Position numbers and translations under genes: made by a program
The notes under the pieces: generated by a model
Told to the model about the DNA's origin: nothing
Database searches by the model: none
The model's input: the letters and a program-made list of their open reading frames with translations, nothing else
Part shown: one piece after another, positions 27,501 to 35,712 of the stretch
How positions within the stretch are numbered: position 1 is the first letter of the stretch
How the letters are laid out: every line of letters starts with the position of its first letter
DNA from: Phycisphaerae bacterium
GTDB lineage: Bacteria; Planctomycetota; Phycisphaerae; UBA1845
DNA length: 55,292 nucleotides
Direction of reading: 5' to 3'
Assembly (NCBI GenBank): GCA_046753625.1
Contig: JBHHUB010000002.1
Span: 1-55,292 of the forward strand

Positions 27501-28129
27501 TGCGGCAGAAGATGGCTCGGCTGGGGAACGTCAACCTAGCGGCCATTGACGAACTGGCGGAACTGGAAGAGCGGCACGGTTTTCTGACCGGCCAGCGGGA
27601 CGATCTGACGACTTCGCGGCGCCAGTTGGAACAGCTTATTGAGAAGCTGGATCAGGAATCGCGCGTGCGTTTTCAGGAGGCGTTCACGCTGATCCGCGAC
27701 CATTTTCGCGCGTTGTTCCGCAAGCTCTTCGGCGGAGGCAAGGCCGATATCGTACTGGAGGATGCCGACGACCCGCTCGATTCGGGCATCGAAATCGTCG
27801 CTCAACCCCCCGGCAAGGAGTTGCAGATCATATCTCTGATGTCCGGTGGCGAGAAATCCATGACGGCCATCGCGTTGCTGATGAGTATCTTCAAATGTCG
27901 GCCTGCACCCTTTGTCGTGCTCGACGAGGTGGATGCCGCGTTGGACGAAGCCAACAACGAACGATTCAATCTGCTGATTCAGGAATTCATCACCGAATCG
28001 CAATTCATCGTAATCACGCACTCCAAGCGCACGATGAGCATCGCAGAGCAACTGTATGGGATCACCATGCAGGAGCCGGGCGTCTCCACGCTCGTGAGCG
28101 TGCAGCTTTCCGATGCCAACGTCGCGTGA
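24566..28129 (+). CDS. smc: chromosome partition protein Smc
   Basis: ATG 24566 after AAGGAGG. Walker A GPNGCGKSN, long coiled-coils with a central hinge, signature LSGGEKS, Walker B FVVLDEVDAALD. Confidence 0.95.
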   Translation: MFLKRITLSGFKSFADRVDLDFGRGVTGIVGPNGCGKSNVLDSLKWVLGEQSARSLRGSQMVDMIFSGSATRRASGVAQVNIVFGNDDRSLAMDHDEVVVTRKLYRSGESEYLLNNESARLKDIRELFMDTGVGVNAYSVIEQGRVDALLQSSASERRTIFEEAAGISKYKSRKKEALRKLDRTEQNLLRAEDIIEELQRRLRSVKLQAGKARNYKEYEARLNELRSTFVMAEYHRFAQDAARRQEQSQELSDQVTQLETQIARIEAEDARGLVQLDELSEQVASTANASVSKRSLLAALEERVEAAQHRIGEQEALLERSRQRQKADQDRVQRNQEDLEAVSVAAEQFVEQIERNRADIDGMNERDADLARNLAELHAELEEDKSAILDVLRKSGQVHNEIARLNSHRESAIAQKGRLCERDAKITSELQMQLETQAELRREACSHEVALGAQEQSLEELKGRASRVNADRQELVDRAAGLKEDRSALTSRRDVLLQLQRKRDGVGEGVRQWLAAIHADESTGDEGLGLLVADVFDADVPHAHLIEAVLGERDQYLVAEKADAFLERARSLGLLDGRINAICLDRIGPVVNERDFSAEPGFVTRALDLVRVPPAYAFLARHLLGKTVVVEDMPSAMAMAAHDVAGHCFVTLQGELIKADGSIALGPHRGGTGLISRKSELREIEMQLALVDRELEELTGRLTRNQSQANELEQAQRTLRSAIHELNTKQADVGARLAKAAEAIDRLSGEKPLIDREVALIDQQVEEVLAKNEARSRQLEALERESESLEAKVAARQARIEEVEGRRSSMQQALTELKVAQGQLSEKRATATERVNALKQLALELQESVEAAQHDMEQAGSRIEEARRTVQTGSQQRTALAAEIATLDARADELQEAQAQLRLETEERQAQLKEARGRLHVSEESLHECQMALAETNVRKEELVARVADELNIDLVSRYESYQYEEQDWESIEQEIGQLRQKMARLGNVNLAAIDELAELEERHGFLTGQRDDLTTSRRQLEQLIEKLDQESRVRFQEAFTLIRDHFRALFRKLFGGGKADIVLEDADDPLDSGIEIVAQPPGKELQIISLMSGGEKSMTAIALLMSIFKCRPAPFVVLDEVDAALDEANNERFNLLIQEFITESQFIVITHSKRTMSIAEQLYGITMQEPGVSTLVSVQLSDANVA

Positions 28130-28263
28130 TGGCCTTGCCGTCGCGTGGGCACCATTTCTGAAATGTTGATTCTTGTCGCCGGATGCCGGGCGTCGGCGCG
28201 TCTTTGCTATCTTGCCCCCTTCTCATGGAACAGCGATTTTACTGCAAACCGAAGGAGGTATCC

Positions 28264-30093
28264 GTGCCAGGAATTCTCAACCCCTATCGACGAGGACTGA
28301 CTCATGCGGTCTTGACCATCTTGGCGGGCGTTGCGGGCTGCGCGACGGGTCGCGGTGTGGACCGGTTCGACGTGCCCGTGGAGCGGTACCGTGCCCACAT
28401 CGCCCTGCTGGCCAGCGACGAACTCAAGGGGCGCGGCACGGGCAGCGAGGGGGTGGACTTGGCTGGTGGATACATCGCAGGGCAATTCGCCGCGGCAGGG
28501 TTGAACCCGGGCGCGGCCAACGGCACCTATTTCCAGTCGTTCTCGGTTCCTCGCAAGGGCAAGCTGCTCGACGATACCGCCTTGTCGGAGGAGGGTATGG
28601 ATGCGCCCCTGGCATTGCACGAAGGCTTTGCCCCGTTTGGTTTTTCGGCGAGTGGGCCGATTGCCGGCGATGTGGCGTTCGTTGGATACGGCATCACCAA
28701 CCCCGAGGAATCGTTTGACGATTATGCGGGTATCGACGTGGAGGGCAAGATTGTGCTCATGCTCCGCCGTGAGCCGCCCGCGTGGGATGAGTCCGGACGC
28801 AACACTCGCCATGCCTTCTTCTCCACCAAGATCAAGCTCGCCAAGGCGCATGGCGCCGCGGCCGTGTTGATTGTCAATCAGGTGCCCGAATCGGGTGACG
28901 CCGACTCGGATGATGCGGATGAATTGATCAGGTTTCGTCCCCGCGGAGGTGATCATGAGTTGCCGGCGGTGCATCTGAAGCGGCGCGTTGCTGACGAGTG
29001 GCTCTCCAGAGCCGGTTTGGTGTCGTTGATCGAACTGCAGGCCCAACTTGATACGGACGGGCGAAACGTATCGGCTCCGCTACCGGGTATCCGGCTGCGC
29101 GGACGGGTGTCGTACGAACAGGAGGACATGGCGATCCGCAACATCATCGGAATCCTACCGGGGATGGGGCATCACGCCGAGGAATATGTCGTCGTGGGCG
29201 CGCACTACGATCACCTGGGGGTTCGCGGCGGCAAAATCCACAACGGAGCCGACGACAACGCGTCCGGCACGGCGGGCATGATGGAAACCGCGTTCGCCCT
29301 TGCGGCTCAAGCGTATCGCGATCGCAGTGTTATGTTCATCGCATTCGGCGGCGAGGAGCTCGGGCTCCTGGGCAGCAAGCACTTCGTTGAGGATGCGCCC
29401 ATCTCCTTGAGCGCGATCGTGGCCATGATCAACCTCGACATGATCGGTCGTATGGACCCGGCCTCCGAGGCCAACATGCTGGGCATTCAGGGGATCGGCA
29501 CTGCGGCCGGTTTCGTGTCGTTGGTCGGCACCCGCGCCAAGCAGGCCGGGGTTCCGTTTCTGCCCGAACCCAGCGCGCGCGGCCCCAGCGATCATGCTTC
29601 GTTCTACCGTGCAGGGATTCCCGCCCTGTTTTTCTTTACCGGTCTTCATGAGGATTACCACGCGCCGGGCGACGACACGGAGAAGATTCACTTTCAAGAC
29701 GCCGTGCAGGTGACGAAGTTGGTCTGCCGCGTCGTTTTCGACCTGGTCAATGCCGAGTCGCGTCCGGTCTTCCAGGAGGTTGCCCAGCGAGCGCGCATCA
29801 TGCGCGGAGATCGGCCGGGGCGGCTGCACGTGGTTCTCGGTATCGTGCCGGACAGAGAGGACGCATCGGCGTTGCCCGGTTGGCCTATCGGGGCGGTCGT
29901 TCCCGGCGGGGCTGCCGGCAAGGCCGGAATGAAAGCCGGCGATCGGATCACCGCAGTCGATGGGAAGCCGGTCAGCGGCCAGGCGGATTATCGCAAGGCC
30001 GTGGCGGATAAGCATCCCGGCGACGTCGTGTCGATCGTCTTCCTGAGGAAAGACCGGGAAATGAGCGTCGACGTGACGCTACAAGGCCCGTAG
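28264..30093 (+). CDS. M28 family metallopeptidase with PA domain and C-terminal PDZ domain (lipoprotein-like)
   Basis: GTG 28264, 8 nt after GGAGG. LAGVAGCA lipobox-like sequence, HYDHLG, GADDNASGTAGMME, GGEELGLLGS. C-terminal GAAGKAGMKAGDRITAVDG is PDZ-like. Confidence 0.85.
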   Translation: MPGILNPYRRGLTHAVLTILAGVAGCATGRGVDRFDVPVERYRAHIALLASDELKGRGTGSEGVDLAGGYIAGQFAAAGLNPGAANGTYFQSFSVPRKGKLLDDTALSEEGMDAPLALHEGFAPFGFSASGPIAGDVAFVGYGITNPEESFDDYAGIDVEGKIVLMLRREPPAWDESGRNTRHAFFSTKIKLAKAHGAAAVLIVNQVPESGDADSDDADELIRFRPRGGDHELPAVHLKRRVADEWLSRAGLVSLIELQAQLDTDGRNVSAPLPGIRLRGRVSYEQEDMAIRNIIGILPGMGHHAEEYVVVGAHYDHLGVRGGKIHNGADDNASGTAGMMETAFALAAQAYRDRSVMFIAFGGEELGLLGSKHFVEDAPISLSAIVAMINLDMIGRMDPASEANMLGIQGIGTAAGFVSLVGTRAKQAGVPFLPEPSARGPSDHASFYRAGIPALFFFTGLHEDYHAPGDDTEKIHFQDAVQVTKLVCRVVFDLVNAESRPVFQEVAQRARIMRGDRPGRLHVVLGIVPDREDASALPGWPIGAVVPGGAAGKAGMKAGDRITAVDGKPVSGQADYRKAVADKHPGDVVSIVFLRKDREMSVDVTLQGP

Positions 30094-30147
30094 CTTCCGA
30101 GTTGCACGCGGTTGGCGTTTCTTGGGGTCAACCCAACCCAACAAAAA

Positions 30148-30183
30148 CCCCCGCAAGCGCGTTTGGAACAGCGCCTGCGGGGG
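30148..30183. terminator. bidirectional terminator hairpin between convergent genes
   Basis: AAAAA-CCCCCGCAAGCGC...GCGCCTGCGGGGG, a 13-nt stem with one mismatch. Confidence 0.5.
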
Positions 30184-30259
30184 CTTGGTCTTTCAGGCTG
30201 TCAACCGATTGGGATGAACGGACGGCCTACGGGTCGTCCGCGTGTCCGATCCCGGCTTT

Positions 30260-32902
30260 CTAACCCTTGTTCTTCTTGATCAGCCCATCGAGTTGGCTCG
30301 CGAGAATCTTGTCGATGTCCTTCTTCGCGCCGATATTGACGTGGGCGATCTTGCCGTCCTTGCCGATGACCATCATCGTCGGATAGCTCGTCGCCTTGAA
30401 TTGCCGCCCGATGGCGTTGTCATCGTCCATCGCGATCTCGAAGCGTGACCCGACACCTTTGAACACATCGGACGCCTCTTCAGGCGTATACTTCTTGCGC
30501 ATCGTCTGGCTCATGTTGACGAAGCGAATCCCCTTGGCGGCGTAGGCTTCGCGAATCTTCTCGACGTTGGGCAACTGACGCTTGCAGAAGCCGCAGTTGG
30601 GCGCCACAAAATTCAACACGGTAGCGGGATGGCTCTTGAAGTCCGAGTTGGAAATGGGTTTTCCGCCGAGCGTCGTGAGTGAAAACGACGGGGCGGGTTT
30701 GCCCACCATGCCCTCGGCCGGTCGCTTGCGGGTCGGTGGCGTCTTGGCCGCGTAGCTCGGCACCGCCTTGCCGGCAAGTAGGGCGTCCAATTGACCCTTC
30801 AAGCGGGTTTCAAGATCGCCGATGTTTCCGACGTTGACCGCTTCGACTTTCCCGCTCTTGCCGACGACGACCATCGTCGGAAAGCCGGTGGCCTTGTAGA
30901 GCGGTCCGACCGCGTTGTCCTGATCCATGAGCACCTCGCCGCGGAAACCGAGCGTCTTGATCTTGTCCATAACCTCTTCGTTCGTGTATTTCTTGTTGTG
31001 CATGGTCTCTGCGGCTGCGACGAATCGAACGCCCTTGGCCTCGTACTCCTTGCGGATGGCCTCAAGGCGAGGAATCTGTTTGGCGCAGAATCCACAGTTG
31101 ACGGCGAAGAAGTCCAAGACGGTGATTTCCTTCGAGAAGGTATCGGTTCCCAGGTCTTTTTCTGCCGTGGTCTTGGCGGCGAACTTGGGCGCCGGCTTGC
31201 CCACGAGTTGATCGACGGGGCGCTGCCGCGGAGTGGGCGGCTTCTTGGCCTGATAGGAGGGGAGGGGCTTGCCCGAGAGCAAGGCGTTCAACTGGCCGAC
31301 CAGACGCGTTTCAAGGTCGGAAATGTTTCCGATATTGACGGCCTCCACTTTGCCACTCTTGCCGAGAACGACCATCGTGGGGAAGCTGGTAGCCTTGTAG
31401 AGCGGGCCGATTTCGTTGTCGGGATCCAGCAAGACTTCGCCGCCGAAGCCGAGTGTCTTGAGCTTGTCCATGACCTGCTGCTCACTGAACCGCTTGCCAC
31501 GCATGGTTTCCGCCGCCGCGACAAAACGCACGCCCCTGCTCTCGAATTTCTTTCGAATCGTTTCCAAGCGAGGAATCTGCTTGGCGCAGTACCCGCAGTT
31601 GACCGCGAAAAAGTCGATGACCGTGATCGCGCTGGCCAGCGTGTTCGTGCCGATGTCCTTGCCGGCGAGTGTCTTGGCCGCGAAATGCGGGGCTTTTTTG
31701 CCCACCAGTTCCTCCGCCGGACGCCTGGCCGTCCGTCGCGCGTTGCGCGCCGCCTGCGTGCGAATGGGAACCTTGATCGTCTTGAATTCCGAGTCGTCGG
31801 TGTTGATCGTCAGCGTGCGCCCGGTGGGCGGTGCTTCCCAGCCCACGGGGAAGTCGAGCCGGACGTCATAATTCTTGCCGACGCTCTTTTCGCTAAGCGT
31901 GGCGGTGATCGTGGGGTCGTCCACAGGGATGCCGAGCACCTTCATCGGGGTTGAGCCGTAGTTGGTGACCCGAACGATGCGCGATGTGCCCCTCGTCTGC
32001 GAACGGGTGGCGGCCGCCGAAGCCAGACTGATCGTTGCCGGTACAATGTCGATGCGCTTGGGCACCGTCGCCGTCGCCGTCAGCCTGATCTGCTTTTGCG
32101 CTTCGACATTCGTTTTCAACGTGGCCGTGGACCGCGCCGAACCGATCGGCATTTTGGTGTCCAGCAACGCTACGCGAACCTCATACCGGCTGCCCTTTTC
32201 GATCTCGACGAGCTTGTAAGAGAACTTGGAATCGCTGGGCACGTCGAGCTCGAGTTCGATGGGCTCGTCGGTGTTGTTGGTAACCTTCAGGATGCGCTCT
32301 TGCGCACTGTCCCCATAGACACGGCCGAAGTTGGCAGCCGCGGGAATGACGTCGATGTATCGCTTGCATTCACCGGTCAAGGTCAGGCGCAGGTCCGAGT
32401 TGACCGGATCATTGCACGAAATCGAGATGCTCTTCGAATACCGGCCGCGCACCTTGTTGCTGTTGATCGAGAACGGGAAATCGCCGGTTTCTCCGGGCTC
32501 CAGCTTGCGCGGGTAGTTCCCGGCCACGGTGCAGCCGCAACTCGGCCGAACCTTGGTGATTTCCAGTGTCTTGGTGCCCTTGTTGGTGACCTTGAAGGTA
32601 TGCTCAAGCTTGGGGCCGACCCACGTCGTGCCAAAGTTGTGGGTGAGTGAATCGATCGAAAAGATCGGCTGATCGGCATTGGGATCAACTTCCTTCAACG
32701 TACGCGAACCGGTCTGGCCACCACGCGGCAGTTGTTGGATCTGATCCAACTGTATCGGCTTGGGGCCCTTACCCGGCTCCACGCTGAACTTTTTCAGCTT
32801 CTTGGTTTCCTGGGCGAGCAAGCCGCTGGTGGCAAGCAGCAGCACCGCCGCCGCGCCGCCGAGCATGCTCCCGGTCACGAAATGTTTTCTTCGTTGGTTC
32901 AT
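30260..32902 (-). CDS. secreted DUF1573-repeat protein fused to three tandem TlpA/ResA-like thioredoxin domains
   Basis: Signal peptide. The DUF1573 signature VRPSCGCT is followed by further beta-sandwich-like segments. Three Cxx C active sites: NCGYCAKQ, NCGFCAKQ, NCGFCKRQ. Confidence 0.85.
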   Translation of the reverse strand: MNQRRKHFVTGSMLGGAAAVLLLATSGLLAQETKKLKKFSVEPGKGPKPIQLDQIQQLPRGGQTGSRTLKEVDPNADQPIFSIDSLTHNFGTTWVGPKLEHTFKVTNKGTKTLEITKVRPSCGCTVAGNYPRKLEPGETGDFPFSINSNKVRGRYSKSISISCNDPVNSDLRLTLTGECKRYIDVIPAAANFGRVYGDSAQERILKVTNNTDEPIELELDVPSDSKFSYKLVEIEKGSRYEVRVALLDTKMPIGSARSTATLKTNVEAQKQIRLTATATVPKRIDIVPATISLASAAATRSQTRGTSRIVRVTNYGSTPMKVLGIPVDDPTITATLSEKSVGKNYDVRLDFPVGWEAPPTGRTLTINTDDSEFKTIKVPIRTQAARNARRTARRPAEELVGKKAPHFAAKTLAGKDIGTNTLASAITVIDFFAVNCGYCAKQIPRLETIRKKFESRGVRFVAAAETMRGKRFSEQQVMDKLKTLGFGGEVLLDPDNEIGPLYKATSFPTMVVLGKSGKVEAVNIGNISDLETRLVGQLNALLSGKPLPSYQAKKPPTPRQRPVDQLVGKPAPKFAAKTTAEKDLGTDTFSKEITVLDFFAVNCGFCAKQIPRLEAIRKEYEAKGVRFVAAAETMHNKKYTNEEVMDKIKTLGFRGEVLMDQDNAVGPLYKATGFPTMVVVGKSGKVEAVNVGNIGDLETRLKGQLDALLAGKAVPSYAAKTPPTRKRPAEGMVGKPAPSFSLTTLGGKPISNSDFKSHPATVLNFVAPNCGFCKRQLPNVEKIREAYAAKGIRFVNMSQTMRKKYTPEEASDVFKGVGSRFEIAMDDDNAIGRQFKATSYPTMMVIGKDGKIAHVNIGAKKDIDKILASQLDGLIKKNKG

Positions 32903-33375
32903 GTTTCTGATCTCTCTTCAAAAGGAATCTGTCGTTTCGACGACTACGAATTATCAATCGACCGATGGTGGCCAAGTGAACCGCGGACCCGTCGCTTCAG
33001 CGTGTCGTACGCTCGCCACGCAAGGATACCGAATTCAGATCCATCGAGACGGTAAACGGTTTCCTTCGCCATACGGTATATAAACCATATCGACGGGTAT
33101 ATTCAACAAGGTAACCCGTTTGTTACGGCTACGTTACGGATGGTTGCGGCCGATCGCTGCTTGGAAAATCACACGTGCGTGCGTGCGGCGAGGCCACACG
33201 TTACGCGGCTGAAACACTGGCGCCGGGCGCGCCGATGGACGCTGAGCGCTTGGCCGGGCTGCCGCCCCCAATGGCGAACCACCATCGCGGTGCCCCAATA
33301 TTGCGGGGCGGGCTTGGGGGGGGTGATGCAGGCCACGGTTTGCACGCGCCCGCCCGGCATGGCAGGATGCACGCG

Positions 33376-33870
33376 ATGAGCCGGGTATTCAATCAGCCTA
33401 CGCGATGGATCGTGCGGATCGGAGCGATCGGTCCGCTTGGTTATCTGCCCGCGTCGGGGACGGCGACGGTCGCGCTGGTGGGCATACCGGTATTCGCGCT
33501 GACTCGGGATTGTCCCGTTTCGGTTTACCTGGTCGGTCTGGCGATCTTCACGGCCGGCTCGATTTGGATTCACGACGTCGGGGACCGAATCCTGGGGGAG
33601 AAGGACAGCCGGAAGTTGGTCTGGGATGAATTGGCCGGATTTTTTCTGGCCGTCCTGCTGGTCCCCTTTACCTGGCAACTGGCCCTCCTGGCCCTCCTGC
33701 TGGAACGTACGCTCGACATCAGCAAGGTTCCGCCGGCCAATTGGGTGGAAAACCGCGTGCCGGGCGGCTGGGGCGTGGTTGGGGATGATCTGATCGCGGG
33801 GCTGTACACATGCCTCCTGCTGCACGCGGCCTGTCACTATTTTCCGGGCGTCTTGGGACTTACCGGCTAG
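33376..33870 (+). CDS. pgpA: phosphatidylglycerophosphatase A
   Basis: ATG 33376. GPLGYLPASGTATVALVGIP and VWDELAGFF...GGWGVVGDDLIAGLY are typical of PgpA. Confidence 0.85.
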   Translation: MSRVFNQPTRWIVRIGAIGPLGYLPASGTATVALVGIPVFALTRDCPVSVYLVGLAIFTAGSIWIHDVGDRILGEKDSRKLVWDELAGFFLAVLLVPFTWQLALLALLLERTLDISKVPPANWVENRVPGGWGVVGDDLIAGLYTCLLLHAACHYFPGVLGLTG

Positions 33871-34029
33871 TGCTTTGACACACCTAAACTTTCGGGTTCT
33901 CTACGGATCAGAGCCGAGGGCGCTAGCCCTCGGACTGGTCCCACCGCTAGCGCGGTGGGCTCTGATTCGCGCGCCCGATTCCGGTGGCTCGGGCAGCGAC
34001 AACCCATAGATTAGAGTGTCACGTAGCAC
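33870..34029 (-). mobile_element. 160-nt MITE-like element, copy 2 (inverted relative to copy 1)
   Basis: See 24141-24300. Flanked by CTAG on both sides (GGCTAG|TGCT ... AGCAC|TAG). Confidence 0.7.
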
Positions 34030-34343
34030 TAGATCATGCTTCCGTCCGAATAGAGGGCGGACGCGCTTCCGGTCCAAACCACGGGGTTTGAGCCCGCGCG
34101 GCTCGTGAATTCGGTTGCTGTGCCCTCCGGAGAGAAGCCCGCGGGCGCGTGTTCGACCCAACCCTGCATCCCTCAGAACCGGACCCCGTAAGAGACTCTT
34201 GGGCCGGGACGCCGAAACGGAAGTGATGTCCTGGCTCGAGACCTTGGCTTGGTTTCTTGCAGATCGCGACTAAACGAACGATGACGCCGGCGCAACCTAT
34301 TGGCGTGTGACGTGATGTGGCGATCAGCCGAACGGAAGGGCCC

Positions 34344-34919
34344 ATGAAGACCCGCGAATCCGACAGACGGGCGGCTGATTCCCGAGGTGGGCGCTGCGAC
34401 CTGTTGAAAAAGCCATCGCCGCCGGATGTCGCGTCGGACCCTTTGATTCGCTTGCGGATGGTTCGCCTGGCGTATCGCTATCTCTGGAATCGCGAGGAAG
34501 CCGAGGACGTGGCGCAGGAAGCGCTGTCGGTGGCGATTGAGCGCTTAGACCTCTTGCGGGATCGAAAGAAATGGTGGGCGTGGGTATGTCGCATCATGGT
34601 GAACACATGTCATGCGAGGCATCGCGGGGCAACGCGGCGACAGGCCCATTCGGAGCGGTATGCCCGGCATCGCGCGATCGGAATGGCGGAGCCGCAGAGT
34701 CCGGCGGCGGGCGAGCGTACCGAGATGCTGCGGGCGGCGCTGGGCAAGCTGCCCCGGCGCCAGCAGGATGTCGTCGTGCTGCGGCATTTGCAAGGGATGA
34801 GTTTCGACGAGATCGGACGCATTCTGGAGATTTCACCGGCCACGGCGCGGGTTCACGCCATGGCCGGGCGAGAATCGCTTCGGAAGCTGATGCTGGAATC
34901 TCATGCGGAACTGTTTTAG
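34344..34919 (+). CDS. ECF (group IV) sigma-70 factor
   Basis: Region 2 (EEAEDVAQEAL...WWAWVCRIMVN) and region 4 HTH (MSFDEIGRILEISPATARVHAMAGRESL). ATG 34344. Confidence 0.9.
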   Translation: MKTRESDRRAADSRGGRCDLLKKPSPPDVASDPLIRLRMVRLAYRYLWNREEAEDVAQEALSVAIERLDLLRDRKKWWAWVCRIMVNTCHARHRGATRRQAHSERYARHRAIGMAEPQSPAAGERTEMLRAALGKLPRRQQDVVVLRHLQGMSFDEIGRILEISPATARVHAMAGRESLRKLMLESHAELF

Positions 34920-34962
34920 GTGGGTGTTTGGAATGTCTTGAGGGGTTGGCTCAGTCTTTGTA

Positions 34963-35015
34963 GCTCAGCCGCCCTCGGCTGAGCGGTTGCCCGGACGCAG
35001 CGGAGAGCCGCTGCG
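34963..35015 (+). other. two perfect hairpins between the sigma and anti-sigma genes
   Basis: GCTCAGCCG-CCCT-CGGCTGAGC (34963-34984) and CGCAGCGG-AGAG-CCGCTGCG (34996-35015). Confidence 0.6.
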
Positions 35016-35085
35016 CCACATGGGATACGCAGGAAACAGCCGAAAGGTTACTTGTAGCCAAGGCCATTGCTCAAAGGTCCGTTTG

Positions 35086-35679
35086 ATGAACTGTAACGAG
35101 GCGAAACGGCGTTGGCATAACCAACTGGATGAGGGCAGGCAAGACGGCCAACTCGCCGAGCACGTCACCGAATGCGCTTCGTGTGCCCGATACGCGGCGC
35201 AGATGGAGACGATCGTTGGCGGTCTCGACGAGCTTCGTATCGAAAGCGAGTTGGGTACGGAGTTGGGCTCTTGGAATGGCGGTGCGGCAAGGTATGGGCG
35301 GCCTTTACGGTGGCTCAGACCGTCGGCGATCGGGCGGGCTGCTGCGGTGATCGTGTTGTGTGTCGGGGCGTATTGCTGGTTGGACTCCGGCACTCCGCGG
35401 CTGTCGATCGATTCCGGTGTGCGGCAATCTGGTCGTATCCAATCGGGACCGGTTCAATCAGAAATCGGGACGACCCATGGTGCACCGCGCGTGCATGCGC
35501 CAACGGCTGCCCGCGATGCCTTGCAGGAAGCCGCAACCCTGGGCCTGACGCTTCGCGGCGCAAGTGCGCAGCGATTCCTGGCGGTTGCGCGACCAACTAC
35601 CTCGCCGGACATCTTGATGGTCCGACTTTATGAGACGCGCGCGGCCGGCCATCCTGGGTTCAAGCCGACGCCGCATTGA
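35086..35679 (+). CDS. ZAS-type anti-sigma factor (single TM)
   Basis: ATG 35086. HxxxCxxC in EHVTECASC. TM segment IGRAAAVIVLCVGAYCWL. Confidence 0.65.
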   Translation: MNCNEAKRRWHNQLDEGRQDGQLAEHVTECASCARYAAQMETIVGGLDELRIESELGTELGSWNGGAARYGRPLRWLRPSAIGRAAAVIVLCVGAYCWLDSGTPRLSIDSGVRQSGRIQSGPVQSEIGTTHGAPRVHAPTAARDALQEAATLGLTLRGASAQRFLAVARPTTSPDILMVRLYETRAAGHPGFKPTPH

Positions 35680-35712
35680 TACCGGAATAATCCAGCCAAA
35701 GGAGAAATCGCA

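Noticed and set aside
24301-33869. Composite transposon or genomic island delimited by the two 160-nt inverted elements
   Set aside because: The content is core housekeeping (smc, pgpA, envelope enzymes). There is no transposase or integrase, and no compositional shift visible by eye. The elements are better explained as independent MITE insertions.
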